From a virus, in the IMG/VR virus record IMGVR_UViG_3300045988_184192: a stretch of 64,000 nucleotides of DNA; one strand, 5' to 3'. Below are positions 8,815 to 18,847 of this stretch, piece after piece. How positions within the stretch are numbered: the first letter of the stretch is position 1; each line of letters opens with the position of its first letter. The translations under genes and the position numbers were made by a program. The notes below the pieces were generated by a model. The model was given only the letters and a program-made list of their open reading frames with translations, made no database searches and had not been told where the DNA came from.

Positions 8815-9474
8815 ATGACAAAAACTCTAACTGTAACTCTTGAACTTCCAGATGAAGATTATGAAAAATTAAGTCAACTTTCTTGGGATGATGGTGAAAA
8901 AAATAGTAAAGTTCTAAATAAATTATTGACAAATTATGCTGTTAAACCAGATGATTACTTACTATTAGAACGAATGAAACGTGTCACCATGTCTGAATAT
9001 GCAATTGTTTATCCAAATGATACCTTTGCTGAATATGCTCGTGATCAATTGGTTGATGAACTTGAAAACTTAGCTGAATATAATTTAGAAATAGAGTTGA
9101 CTAGAGATAATATTGATGAATTTGTTCACCAATTATTTGAACGATATGTGGTAGATGGTACCTATACTTATTCTACTTACAAAACAAATAAAATTTTGTC
9201 ACAATATTATGATTCAATTGCTGTTTCTTCAGAATGGCTCGAAATCTATCAAATCAATCCATTTGATAACTCAGAAGCCTTTCTAGTTAGTTTACTAATT
9301 GAATACAGTTCTATGATTCTAGGTGATCTCATCCCACTTAAACGTCATGATTTTGAAAATGATAATGAAGATGATAAAAATGATACACAAGAGGATGTCA
9401 TTTCAGAAGTGATTGAAATTTTAAAAAGACTTTCTGAACGTGATTTGTATCAAATTATTGATGGTTACATGTAA
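8815..9474 (+). CDS. hypothetical acidic protein (219 aa)
   Basis: Start is only a few nt after the DUF262 gene's stop. Very D/E-rich. Confidence 0.5.
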   Translation: MTKTLTVTLELPDEDYEKLSQLSWDDGEKNSKVLNKLLTNYAVKPDDYLLLERMKRVTMSEYAIVYPNDTFAEYARDQLVDELENLAEYNLEIELTRDNIDEFVHQLFERYVVDGTYTYSTYKTNKILSQYYDSIAVSSEWLEIYQINPFDNSEAFLVSLLIEYSSMILGDLIPLKRHDFENDNEDDKNDTQEDVISEVIEILKRLSERDLYQIIDGYM

Positions 9475-9488
9475 TGAGGTAACCATTA

Positions 9489-10193
9489 ATGACAAATCAA
9501 TCAAATCTTAATTTAGATTCTATCTTAGATAAAATTAAAAATCTTCTTGAATTAGCAGCTGATACACCTGATGATGCAGAGGGTCAAAATGCCATTCTAT
9601 TAGCTCAAAAATTGATGTTAAAACACAATATTGATATGAGCCAAATTGAGGAATTAAGTTCCAAAAAGGATGAAACTGTCACAACCCAACACTATCAACA
9701 AACTCGTGTCTTTTGGTGGCAGACTGAATTATCTGTTATCATTGCCAAGCATTTTAGATGTCGAGTCACAAGACAACGTGTTTACAACATTGATTACGAT
9801 CGTTATGAAACAAAATTGATTTTCTATGGTTTTGACATGGATGCAAAAATTGCTCAAAAAACATTCACAGGAGCATTACTTTATCTTAAATATCGTTTGA
9901 AACGAATGAAAGGTGCATCCAAGCATCAACGAACGTCCTATCTCAAAGGATTTCTTCAAGGCTTGAAGAAAAAATTACGAGAGCAACAAGAAGAATTGGT
10001 CAAAATGAACCAAAAATATGAACTTGTTCTCACAACACCACAAATTGTCAATCAATACGTTGATAAAGTTACAAATGGTGCTAGTCACAACTACTCTGCA
10101 CCCACTTACCATTTGGATCCAGAAATGTATCAAACTGGATTTGACCAAGGTAAAAATGCAAAAATATTAGAAAATGAAATTTTAGAAAGTTGA
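9489..10193 (+). CDS. DUF2786-like protein
   Basis: N-terminus KIKNLLELAADTPDDAEGQNAILLAQKLMLKH resembles the DUF2786 motif found in phage and conjugative-element proteins. Confidence 0.45.
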   Translation: MTNQSNLNLDSILDKIKNLLELAADTPDDAEGQNAILLAQKLMLKHNIDMSQIEELSSKKDETVTTQHYQQTRVFWWQTELSVIIAKHFRCRVTRQRVYNIDYDRYETKLIFYGFDMDAKIAQKTFTGALLYLKYRLKRMKGASKHQRTSYLKGFLQGLKKKLREQQEELVKMNQKYELVLTTPQIVNQYVDKVTNGASHNYSAPTYHLDPEMYQTGFDQGKNAKILENEILES

Positions 10194-10205
10194 GGTTGGT
10201 GAGAT

Positions 10206-10334
10206 ATGTTTACATTAACAGATTCAAGTAAATATCCATGTAGCAAATTGAAACAATGTGTTCAAAAATTGAAACCATTGAAATCCACAACACCAACCTT
10301 TACATCTAATTTCATATCTAAAACTAAAAAGTGA
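10206..10334 (+). CDS. possible small ORF (42 aa, Cys-containing)
   Basis: GAGG SD 9 nt upstream. Its stop overlaps the next gene's RBS. Contains a CAACACCA box at 10288-10295. Confidence 0.2.
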   Translation: MFTLTDSSKYPCSKLKQCVQKLKPLKSTTPTFTSNFISKTKK

Positions 10335-10342
10335 GGTAATGC

Positions 10343-10783
10343 ATGTCTCTTGTTAAAATTACATATGATTTACCAAAAGAAATTGAAGAACAATATCCAA
10401 ATGTCACCTTGGCTACAGGATTTCTAGATGAAAATGAATGGCCAGATGTTGAAGACAAGTCTCTATTCAAAGATTTAACACTTGGAAATTACTCTGATAA
10501 TGAAATTGAAAATCTAGTTGTTTCAATTCTAAAGTACATCGTTTATCTTATTGATGAACGTGTTATCAAACCTACATATGTACCAGGTTCAGAAACATTA
10601 GTCCTCAATCATCGTGACAATGATAAGTATTACTTAGCAACATTTTCAGCTTATGAGACACCTTATCCAAACGATATTTCTGATATAACAGATGTAGTTA
10701 CTATGTTGGCTGAATACCAATTGGATTATTTAGACCATGGTGAATTTGAACAAGTTGAAATCACCATTCCATTTGAACTTTAA
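10343..10783 (+). CDS. hypothetical acidic protein
   Basis: ORF with GAGG SD. Confidence 0.5.
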   Translation: MSLVKITYDLPKEIEEQYPNVTLATGFLDENEWPDVEDKSLFKDLTLGNYSDNEIENLVVSILKYIVYLIDERVIKPTYVPGSETLVLNHRDNDKYYLATFSAYETPYPNDISDITDVVTMLAEYQLDYLDHGEFEQVEITIPFEL

Positions 10784-10799
10784 TTAGAAAGGTTACGAA

Positions 10800-11459
10800 A
10801 TGACCAATTATAAATTGACATTTGAATCCATTATTTCAAAAGAAACTGCTGATAAACTAGAAGCTCTTACAATGGGCGATCCAAATACTCAAGAGGTTCT
10901 GAAAGCTATTTCAGATGGTTCAGGATATAAACAATTTGAAAACCAAGACGAATTGAATGAAGTTCATGACGTTCATCTATCTATAAAATTAGACACTCTC
11001 ATCGCTCTACTTTCAAGTTCTGAATTCACACATATTCGTCAAGAACGTTGTTGGACAGAGTTCCTATGTGATGAAGTTATTGAACGCTTGAAAGAACGAC
11101 GTGGTGAAGATATTACTGATCAATCCATGACCGATTTGGTGGAAAGTTTGTACCATAATGAACTAGCTTCAGAAACATTTACAAATTCTACAGCTAAATC
11201 ACTAGACTATATTCGTGATTTTTGGTCAGATTTCAAAAATCCAAGTTATGTAGAAGATATGTTATTTGATGGAACAAAGGATTCTATTTTCACTCGACCT
11301 GAATTGTTCTTTGTCTATATCTTTACTGAAGAATTAGCAGACCTGCTCAACATCATTCTTGAAGATAACTCAGATGTTAAAACAACTGATGAGTTGATTC
11401 GTCTATTATCATCATTTGATGCATATGCACTTAATGACTACTTTTATGAAAATGCATGA
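10800..11459 (+). CDS. hypothetical acidic protein
   Basis: Canonical RBS TTAGAAAGGTTACGAA-ATG. Confidence 0.5.
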   Translation: MTNYKLTFESIISKETADKLEALTMGDPNTQEVLKAISDGSGYKQFENQDELNEVHDVHLSIKLDTLIALLSSSEFTHIRQERCWTEFLCDEVIERLKERRGEDITDQSMTDLVESLYHNELASETFTNSTAKSLDYIRDFWSDFKNPSYVEDMLFDGTKDSIFTRPELFFVYIFTEELADLLNIILEDNSDVKTTDELIRLLSSFDAYALNDYFYENA

Positions 11460-11522
11460 AAGTAGTCAAAGTCCTATTACCAGACAATGTATAATAAAAT
11501 GATGAATATGAGACAATTCATG

Positions 11523-11552
11523 TTGACAACATGTTAAAATTGTTGATATAAT
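11523..11552 (+). promoter_or_regulatory. sigma-A-like promoter (TTGACA-18-TATAAT)
   Basis: TTGACA at 11523-11528 and TATAAT at 11547-11552. A CAACACCA box follows at 11584-11591. Confidence 0.4.
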
Positions 11553-11657
11553 AGGTACATAAATACATAATGACTACATAACTCAACACCATTTTCGTAT
11601 TTTATTTATTACATTATACATTTTATTTACAATCTTAATCTAATGAGGTGCTAAATC

Positions 11658-12254
11658 GTGTCTAAAATTATTACTGTTTATTCCAAGAATAAAAATGGTT
11701 ATGAAGACTTCTCCAATTTTGCGAAAACACCTTTTCGTATGAAAGAGAAAGAATCTGGTAAGACCATTCAATTTTCATGTAATGAGCAATTTATTATGTA
11801 TTCAAAAGCAAAGTTGTTCAATGATCAAGTGGCAGCTGAATCCATTTTAAGAGAAACCAACCCACTTCAAATGAAACGTTATGGACGTACTGTTGAAAAT
11901 TTTGATGAAAAAATCTGGCAGGAACAAAATGAACGTATTTTGAAAAATGGTTTGTATTTGAAATTTACTCAGAATCCTCAGTTATTGAATAAACTGTTGA
12001 ATACAAAAGGCGCAACCATTGTGGAAGCAAATCCTTATGATCAAACTTATGGTGTAGGTCTTGCAGCCTTTGATCCAAATATTCAAGATCCATCAAAATG
12101 GCGAGGTAAGAACCTAATGGGTAAGGCTCTCATGGCTGTTCGTGATTACATCTATGATCAAGAATATATGAAATCCACGACACCATCTACACCAACTCAA
12201 TCATCCAACAGACCTAATCATAAAGAAAAGTCTCAAGATGACTTAAGTTTGTAA
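11658..12254 (+). CDS. NADAR (YbiA-like, DUF1768) domain protein
   Basis: Motifs along the protein typical of NADAR/YbiA: FSNFAKTPF, FSCNEQFIMYSKAKLFND, NPLQMKRYGR, AFDPN...WRGKNLMGKALMAVR. GTG start per the ORF track. Confidence 0.7.
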   Translation: MSKIITVYSKNKNGYEDFSNFAKTPFRMKEKESGKTIQFSCNEQFIMYSKAKLFNDQVAAESILRETNPLQMKRYGRTVENFDEKIWQEQNERILKNGLYLKFTQNPQLLNKLLNTKGATIVEANPYDQTYGVGLAAFDPNIQDPSKWRGKNLMGKALMAVRDYIYDQEYMKSTTPSTPTQSSNRPNHKEKSQDDLSL

Positions 12255-12288
12255 AATAAATGTATAATACCAAGAAAGGTTATAAATT

Positions 12289-12501
12289 ATGAAATTAGTT
12301 GAGTTAATTGTTGTTATTGCTACGATTGCCATGCTATCTAGTCTTGTAGTTGCTAACTTACCAAAAGATTTAGAAGATTCCATTAAAGACTTACCAAAGG
12401 AACCAACTGTTCAAAAAGTCAGTGATTCAACAGCTGCTATCATGCAAAATGGTCAAAAAGTTACTGTAGACTTAGATACGGGGGAAGTAATTACAAAATA
12501 A
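12289..12501 (+). CDS. ComGC-like pseudopilin N-terminal helix protein without a prepilin leader or G-1 cleavage site
   Basis: MK-LVELIVVIATIAMLSSLVVANLPK resembles the FTLVEMLIVL...PNL helix of competence pseudopilins (Glu in the conserved position). Only MK precedes it and there is no Gly before it. 70 aa. Canonical RBS. Confidence 0.35.
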   Translation: MKLVELIVVIATIAMLSSLVVANLPKDLEDSIKDLPKEPTVQKVSDSTAAIMQNGQKVTVDLDTGEVITK

Positions 12502-12559
12502 CCCCAACACCATTTTCGTATTTTATTTATAAATATATAAAAAAGATTATTATGAAATT

Positions 12560-15500
12560 TTGAAAGGAATTGAAATTTTGAAAAGTTATCGTAATTATAT
12601 TACTCGTTTGAGTACCTATTCTATCCGTAAATATAGCGTTGGTGTCCTATCTGTCATGATTGGCGCAAGTCTATTAGTAGCTCCAACTGTCCTAGCTGAC
12701 CAAATTGAATCAGTTGACGCACCTCGTGAAACTGTTGAAATCCCACGTGAAAGTGTAGATATTCCACGTGAGTCAGTTGACGTACCTCGTGAAAGCATTG
12801 AAGAATCACCACGTGAGTCAGTTGATATTCCACGTGAATCAGTTGACGTACCACATGAGTCAGTTGACACACCTCGCGAAAGTATTGAAGAATCACCTCG
12901 TGAGTCAGTTGATATTCCACGTGAAAGCATTAATGAGTCACATCGTGAAAATGTTGAAATGCCACGTGAATCTGTAGGTGAACCAACACCAAATATTGAT
13001 GACCGTCATGAACCTCTTGGTAGAAATGACGAATATGGTATGTATGGTCCACAACACCGTCCAGCTGATGCAGCTGATGATAGTGTAAATGTTCCAGACC
13101 ATAAACTTCCAGAAGACAATCGTCCACCAGTAGTTGAAAATGAATATATTCATGCAAACCGTTATCCACATGAATATCAAGTTGATGGTCCATCTAAAGC
13201 AACTGATCTAGCACAAACTGATAAAATTTATTATACACATGCAAATGCTGTAGCAAAAGCAAAAGAAGCAGGTTATACTTTATCATACACTGAAAAACGT
13301 GTATCACCTGATGACATTTCTCGTGTTTATTATGAATCTCAAGATGAAGCTGACCGTATCAGAGTTGCTATTTCAAACAATCGTAGACAACTTCGTGAAA
13401 CAAAAGATGAAAATAAGAAGAAGTTAGCTAAATATGAAGCTGAAAAAGCAATTTATGAAAAATCAAAAGCTGATTATGATGCAGCATCTAAAGAAGATCT
13501 AAATCGTTTGAGTGATATTCGTTCCAATAATGGTTTGGTATCTGGTCAATATGGTGAACCAAAAGCTAAATTAGCGATTACAGGAACTAAGTTTCTAACT
13601 GAAGAAGCGATTAACAATCGTGAGCAATCATGGCGTACTCATATTGATCCAGATCAAACAAACAATATCACAGATACTGACGTGACAGATACTCATCCTA
13701 ATTATCAACCAAATGGGTACACATCAACATTTAACTACAACATTTTAGCTAAAGTTGGCGATACTGTTGAAGCAACTTATACGAATTTGCAAGATACATA
13801 CTTGACAACAACAGATGGTCAAAAAGTAAAAGTTGCAAAAATTGTAAAAAGTTATACCATTAATGGTTCATCTGACTCAACTGGTAAAGTATTAGGTGTG
13901 TTATCATCTAATCCAATTCATGATGCTGAATTTAAGGCGAGTACTGATACAACAAATGCTATTGATATCACAACTAAAGTTCGTTACTATGATGCAAATG
14001 GTCAAGAATTGACCAGTGATAAAGTTTATTATGGTTTAACTAATCTTCGTCACTCCACATCTGAACGTACCATTGATGGTAAATACAAACCAAAAGGTAT
14101 TACAATTGCTCATGATGTTGAAGAAACTTATGATTTTGGTTATAAAACTCGTCGTAAAATTATTACAACAACCTTTAAACCTGATAACCGAGCAGATTCA
14201 GAGATTATTACACCACAAGGTCAAGATGAACGTTTTAGTCTATACCATAATGTAACTGGAAAAGATTCAAACGGTCTTCCAATTGGTGATTTGATTAGTG
14301 GACCAAATTCTAAAATGGAAGATGGTATCCAACGTATCAATGAAGTAGATGATAATGGTGTTATTCGTGGATATTACACATTTGATGCTGAAAATAATCG
14401 AATCTTTTACACACCTATTGAAGAAGTTGTGAATATTGATCGTGTTCATAAAGTGCAAGTTCAAAACGAAGATACTGTTGTTAATGTTCCAGGATCTAGT
14501 ATCACAAACAATAATGGTACCTTATATGCTCAAAATGATAATGTTTATACAGACGCAGGTTCACGATACAATGCTAATTCAGATGATCAGTTAGGTACAA
14601 ATGGTTGGTCAAATTATGGTGGAAACAATTATTATGGTATGGCTGTTGTAAATAGTAAGAGTCATACATTCCGCCACACTATGTCAGCAAATGTTCAAGG
14701 TCGTGCAACTACCTTAACAATTGCAACTGGCACCTATATTCCAGAAATTACTGAGCCAACTGCACCTGAAACACCAGAATTAGAAGCTGCACCAACAATT
14801 GAAGTAACTCGTTGGATTGGTGTTGTACCAGTTAAAAAATTAACCAAAACGGAATACACTCATACAGTATTTTACACAAATGAACAAGGTGATGATATTG
14901 CTCCTGCTAAAAAGTTAGCTTATACATTGTTAGATGTATATGCTCTTGAAGATAGTCAAGATCCATCTGCTGAACCTACACCAACTTATACAAAATACAA
15001 GATTGAAAGTTTATTGACAAAAGAAGAAGAGGAAGAATTATTCCAAAACTTTAACCAAACTGGTGAATTAATGTTCCATCGTAATGGTGAAGAAATTCAC
15101 GCAGAACGTCAATCTGATTTGTTTAAGTATCCAAAAGATTATGCTGATGAAAAATTTGATGTTCATGGTATCCTTACAAAACCACTTACCCATGCAAAAG
15201 TAAATGGCTACACTCCAACTTATGGTAAAGATTATTATCAATATTCATATGATGACGGTCGATGGGATTATACAAAAGTGTTAAGTGGTGATGCTTTGAA
15301 AGAAATTGGTAGTCATTGGTTAGGTGTAGACCCAACACAACCACCACGCGAATCTCTTTATGAGGGTCCAGTTCGTAACTACACACACATCATCTATAGA
15401 CGTGCTGCTCAACAAGAATCAACTCGTTTTGTGACTGTTCAATCAGGTCAAGAAGTTGAAATTTCACCAACACTTGAGGGTACACATGATGCTCCAACCA

Positions 15501-16906
15501 TCCTTGAATTCGCATCAATGGAATACCAATATACAGGTGAAACAAAAGTAGAAAATGGTATTACTACTCATTACTACACACTTGTTGTAAGTGAAGTTCC
15601 AACAGATGCACCAAGTCATGGTGAAGAAAAACCTCTTACTCGTTTTGTAACTGTTCAAAATGAAACTGAAGTGGAAATTGCTGATACTGTTGAGGGAACT
15701 GTTTCAGCACCAACATTTGTACAAGGTGAAAAATACTTCTACAATGGTACTACAACTGTAGCAGATGGTATCACTACTCACTACTATGATCTTGTTACAG
15801 GTGAAAAACCAACTAATGCACCTAATGTTGGCGTTGATAAAGTGGTGACACGTTTTGTAACACTTAAAGATGGTAATGAAGTAGATGTAGCAGAAGCTCT
15901 TGAGGGAACACATGCTGCACCTAAGTTCTTGCAAAATGAGAAATATGTTTATAACACAACAAATTCTCATGATAGCATCATTACTCATTACTATGACCTA
16001 GTTGTGAGTGAAAAACCATCAGATGCTCCAAGTGTGCCTGAGTTGCCTGAATTCCATCAGGCAGTTCCAGAAGACGCTCCTGTTGTACCAGAATCACCTG
16101 AGTACCATGAAGCAAAACCTGAAGATGCTCCAAGTGTGCCTGAGTTACCTGAATTTCATCAAGAAATTCCATCAGATGCACCAGTTGTGCCAGAATTACC
16201 TGAGTTTGTACAAGAAGTACCATCTGACTCACCAGTCAATGAAGTGCCTGAATTACCATTTGGTGTAAACCCTGAAGACGCACCAGTGGTTCCAGAATTG
16301 CCTGAATTTAGCCAAGCCATTCCAGAAGATGCACCTATCAATGATGTTCCTGAACTTGCATTTGGTGTAAACCCTGAAGATGCACCAATTGTACCAGAAT
16401 TGCCTGAATTTAATCAAACCATTCCAGAAGACTCACCTATCAATGACGTTCCTGAACTTGCATTTGGTGTGAATCCAGAAGATGCTCCTATTGTACCAGA
16501 ATCACCTGAGTACCATGAAGCTACTCCTACAGATGCGCCAATCAATGAAGTACCTGAATTACCATTTGGTATCAATCCAGAAGACGCACCAGTTGTGCCA
16601 GAATTGCCTGAATTCCATCAAGCAATTCCAGACAATGCTCCAAGTCTTGACCTTGAAGAATTACCAGTTGGTGTAAACCCAGAAGACGCACCAGTTCTTG
16701 AACTACCTGAATTGGTTATTGAAACACCAAAAGAGGAACAAGATGTTCCAGGTGTACCAAATGAAGACAAACCAGTACTCCCAACACAACCTGTACACAT
16801 CTTACCACAAACAGGTTCAACTACTTCTCCACTTATGGCTCTAGTTGGACTTGGACTTATGACATTAAGTCTAGGTGGATGGTTCACGTTGAATAAACGT
16901 AAGTAA
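12560..16906 (+). CDS. large YSIRK-signal / LPXTG-anchored repeat surface protein (1448 aa)
   Basis: YSIRKYSVGVLSV signal motif. About 14 N-terminal PRESVD(I/V) heptad-like repeats. Three ~70-aa RFVTVQ...ITTHYYDLV repeats. C-terminal array of PELPEF / VPELPFGVNPEDAPV repeats. LPQTGS anchor plus TM plus KRK. The true start may be the TTG at 12560 or 12578. Confidence 0.85.
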   Translation: MKGIEILKSYRNYITRLSTYSIRKYSVGVLSVMIGASLLVAPTVLADQIESVDAPRETVEIPRESVDIPRESVDVPRESIEESPRESVDIPRESVDVPHESVDTPRESIEESPRESVDIPRESINESHRENVEMPRESVGEPTPNIDDRHEPLGRNDEYGMYGPQHRPADAADDSVNVPDHKLPEDNRPPVVENEYIHANRYPHEYQVDGPSKATDLAQTDKIYYTHANAVAKAKEAGYTLSYTEKRVSPDDISRVYYESQDEADRIRVAISNNRRQLRETKDENKKKLAKYEAEKAIYEKSKADYDAASKEDLNRLSDIRSNNGLVSGQYGEPKAKLAITGTKFLTEEAINNREQSWRTHIDPDQTNNITDTDVTDTHPNYQPNGYTSTFNYNILAKVGDTVEATYTNLQDTYLTTTDGQKVKVAKIVKSYTINGSSDSTGKVLGVLSSNPIHDAEFKASTDTTNAIDITTKVRYYDANGQELTSDKVYYGLTNLRHSTSERTIDGKYKPKGITIAHDVEETYDFGYKTRRKIITTTFKPDNRADSEIITPQGQDERFSLYHNVTGKDSNGLPIGDLISGPNSKMEDGIQRINEVDDNGVIRGYYTFDAENNRIFYTPIEEVVNIDRVHKVQVQNEDTVVNVPGSSITNNNGTLYAQNDNVYTDAGSRYNANSDDQLGTNGWSNYGGNNYYGMAVVNSKSHTFRHTMSANVQGRATTLTIATGTYIPEITEPTAPETPELEAAPTIEVTRWIGVVPVKKLTKTEYTHTVFYTNEQGDDIAPAKKLAYTLLDVYALEDSQDPSAEPTPTYTKYKIESLLTKEEEEELFQNFNQTGELMFHRNGEEIHAERQSDLFKYPKDYADEKFDVHGILTKPLTHAKVNGYTPTYGKDYYQYSYDDGRWDYTKVLSGDALKEIGSHWLGVDPTQPPRESLYEGPVRNYTHIIYRRAAQQESTRFVTVQSGQEVEISPTLEGTHDAPTILEFASMEYQYTGETKVENGITTHYYTLVVSEVPTDAPSHGEEKPLTRFVTVQNETEVEIADTVEGTVSAPTFVQGEKYFYNGTTTVADGITTHYYDLVTGEKPTNAPNVGVDKVVTRFVTLKDGNEVDVAEALEGTHAAPKFLQNEKYVYNTTNSHDSIITHYYDLVVSEKPSDAPSVPELPEFHQAVPEDAPVVPESPEYHEAKPEDAPSVPELPEFHQEIPSDAPVVPELPEFVQEVPSDSPVNEVPELPFGVNPEDAPVVPELPEFSQAIPEDAPINDVPELAFGVNPEDAPIVPELPEFNQTIPEDSPINDVPELAFGVNPEDAPIVPESPEYHEATPTDAPINEVPELPFGINPEDAPVVPELPEFHQAIPDNAPSLDLEELPVGVNPEDAPVLELPELVIETPKEEQDVPGVPNEDKPVLPTQPVHILPQTGSTTSPLMALVGLGLMTLSLGGWFTLNKRK

Positions 16907-16908
16907 TG

Positions 16909-16946
16909 TAAAAGAGTGATGTTTTTAGCATCACTCTTTTATTTTA
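16909..16946 (+). terminator. rho-independent terminator
   Basis: AAAGAGTGATG-ttttta-GCATCACTCTTT followed by a T-run. Confidence 0.65.
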
Positions 16947-16971
16947 TTATTTATAGAAAGGTTTCAATAAT

Positions 16972-17070
16972 ATGTCAAATGAAATTTTACTAGAAGACTT
17001 ATTAACTGAATTATCCAACAATGGTGTTGATATTAGTAAATTACAAATAAATGAAGAACCTGACGAATAG
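16972..17070 (+). CDS. possible small acidic peptide (32 aa, MSNEILLEDLLTELSNNGVDISKLQINEEPDE)
   Basis: Canonical RBS ATAGAAAGGTTTCAATAAT-ATG. Below the cut-off of the ORF track. Confidence 0.3.
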   Translation: MSNEILLEDLLTELSNNGVDISKLQINEEPDE

Positions 17071-17178
17071 TCATGTTATTATTTATAGAATCTATGTTAA
17101 TGTCTCATTAGACATTGATATAGATCTTGTAAATAATGATTCAACTATTTACAAATATAAAGAAATGAGGTCTTTAAC

Positions 17179-17754
17179 ATGGCAACAATTGAATTAGATT
17201 TGACTAATCTTGGTTTATTTAGTGGATTATATGAATCCATGTGGTTACATTCATCCACAGATGATGATGAATTAGAATATGAATGGAATAACATTCAAAA
17301 AGATTTAGGTTTATCAGATGACGATATGAAAATGAGATTGGATATTCGAATTTCATTTAAAACCTATTTGGAAAAGATTGCAGAAGTTTATATCAATTAT
17401 TTGTCCAATCAATTACCAGGTGTATTCACATTTGAACGATCTTACTCACCATCTTATTACAATTATGATACAAATCATATCATTTTAAAATGGGTTTCAC
17501 CATTTGAAGACCCAGAAACTAAATTTCAAGAATTTATTGATCAAGAAAATGACGATAATTATGGGATCGAACGTTCTGTTTATAATGAGTGGTCAGGTTA
17601 TGAAATTTATCCAGAGTTAGTAGAATATTATCTAATGAATTACAAAACAGAAGATAATAAAACCAAAATCACCTATGAAAAAATTATCTATGACTTTGAT
17701 TTAGGTAAATATATCACAACACCTGCTCCTGATGAGACTGCTACAGTTAATTAA
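17179..17754 (+). CDS. hypothetical acidic protein
   Basis: ORF with GAGG SD. Confidence 0.5.
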   Translation: MATIELDLTNLGLFSGLYESMWLHSSTDDDELEYEWNNIQKDLGLSDDDMKMRLDIRISFKTYLEKIAEVYINYLSNQLPGVFTFERSYSPSYYNYDTNHIILKWVSPFEDPETKFQEFIDQENDDNYGIERSVYNEWSGYEIYPELVEYYLMNYKTEDNKTKITYEKIIYDFDLGKYITTPAPDETATVN

Positions 17755-17770
17755 GAAAGGATCTACAAAC

Positions 17771-18013
17771 ATGAATCAAACAATTAGACACAATGATTTT
17801 AGTGAAATCAATGAACGTTTGAAACGTGATTACTATGATAAAATTGATTACATCACACTAACAGATGATTTTGGTAACATTCTACATCAATATGAAGCTG
17901 ACCAATTTGATGTAGCTTTGGAAAAATATTTTGAATATCTGGATGATAAAAATGAAGAAATTTGGTTCAATGCCTATGATAAAGATGGTAATAATATGGG
18001 TATTCAATATTAA
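17771..18013 (+). CDS. hypothetical protein
   Basis: ATG at 17771 preceded by TTAAGAAAGGATCTACAAAC (the ORF track began at an upstream alternative start). Confidence 0.5.
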   Translation: MNQTIRHNDFSEINERLKRDYYDKIDYITLTDDFGNILHQYEADQFDVALEKYFEYLDDKNEEIWFNAYDKDGNNMGIQY

Positions 18014-18034
18014 GAAAGAGGGTGTTATATAATA

Positions 18035-18844
18035 ATGATCACATTTTATGATAAAGTTCAGGCATTAATTTCTAAATTAAAAATTCATGACCTTTCTGAA
18101 TTTGGTCCAAGTTATTGGTATGACAATATGGATCAAGAAGTAACTTTTGAAGAAGCTTATGATACAATTGAACGAACGTTCACCGATCTTGTATCATACA
18201 ATAATGTTAAAAAATTAACATATAAACAACAAGTAGAATTATCCAAATTAGTTCAACTATTAACATGTATTAAACCAAATGAAAACTATGATGCCTTAGT
18301 TAGAGCCTTAGTACCAACCAAATTTAAAGAAGATGATTTGAAACCAACCTTGTTAATTTTACATCAATGGTTACAATTAGCTGACCTAGCAAACCATTTT
18401 GCAGCATATGTCAATAATGAACACTATTGGTTCCTTGGTGAACATCTTGCTGAAGAATATGGTATTGATGAAGATGGTATTGATGAATGGTGGTCTATGT
18501 ATTTAGATAAATTTTATGATAAAATTACCTATACTGAAAATGATTCCATTTTCAAAGATTGGTTCAAACCATATGCAGATGCCAATTATCGTGTTGAATA
18601 TTCATCAATGGGTGATGATATGCATATGATTACCTTTGTTAACGGTAATTTGGATGATGCTGATGGTGTACTTGATTCAGTAAATACAAATTTCTACATT
18701 CTCTCAGAAGACCTACCAAAAGCAATGGAACAATTGTTACATGCTTATAATTTATACGATTCTTTACATGAAAAAGTCACTCAATACAATGATGAAACTG
18801 TTAAAGAATTTCTGGCTGAACGAGATATTGAAGTAAAGGAGTAA
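18035..18844 (+). CDS. hypothetical acidic protein
   Basis: RBS AAGAAAGAGGG. Confidence 0.5.
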   Translation: MITFYDKVQALISKLKIHDLSEFGPSYWYDNMDQEVTFEEAYDTIERTFTDLVSYNNVKKLTYKQQVELSKLVQLLTCIKPNENYDALVRALVPTKFKEDDLKPTLLILHQWLQLADLANHFAAYVNNEHYWFLGEHLAEEYGIDEDGIDEWWSMYLDKFYDKITYTENDSIFKDWFKPYADANYRVEYSSMGDDMHMITFVNGNLDDADGVLDSVNTNFYILSEDLPKAMEQLLHAYNLYDSLHEKVTQYNDETVKEFLAERDIEVKE

Positions 18845-18847
18845 ACA

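Noticed and set aside
11584-11610. Interpretation of CAACACCATTTTCGTATTTT as a streptococcal ComX cin-box (TACGAATA) or a CodY box (AATTTTCWGAAAATT)
   Set aside because: TACGAAAA appears only on the opposite strand relative to the downstream gene and at the wrong distance. The CodY palindrome does not align beyond ATTTTC. The conserved part of the motif is the GC-rich CAACACCA, not these segments.
12616-13193. Minus- and plus-strand ORFs (12616-12930 -, 12654-12920 -, 12768-12977 +, 12930-13193 -, 12938-13180 -) overlapping the start of the 1448-aa gene
   Set aside because: They are generated by the in-frame PRESVD nucleotide repeats. The sense frame carries a YSIRK signal and is continuous to an LPXTG anchor.
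12700-16760. Possible CRISPR array suggested by regularly spaced nucleotide repeats
   Set aside because: The repeats are in-frame codon repeats of a surface protein (PRESVD and PELPEF units). They are of unequal spacing and have no conserved repeat/unique-spacer structure. No cas genes.
14073-16887. Assorted 60-94-aa ORFs inside the large adhesin gene and its C-terminal repeats (e.g. 15704-15988 -, 15981-16232 -, 16008-16268 +, 16618-16887 -)
   Set aside because: Alternative-frame artefacts of repetitive, codon-biased sequence. No SDs. They overlap a coherent 1448-aa CDS.
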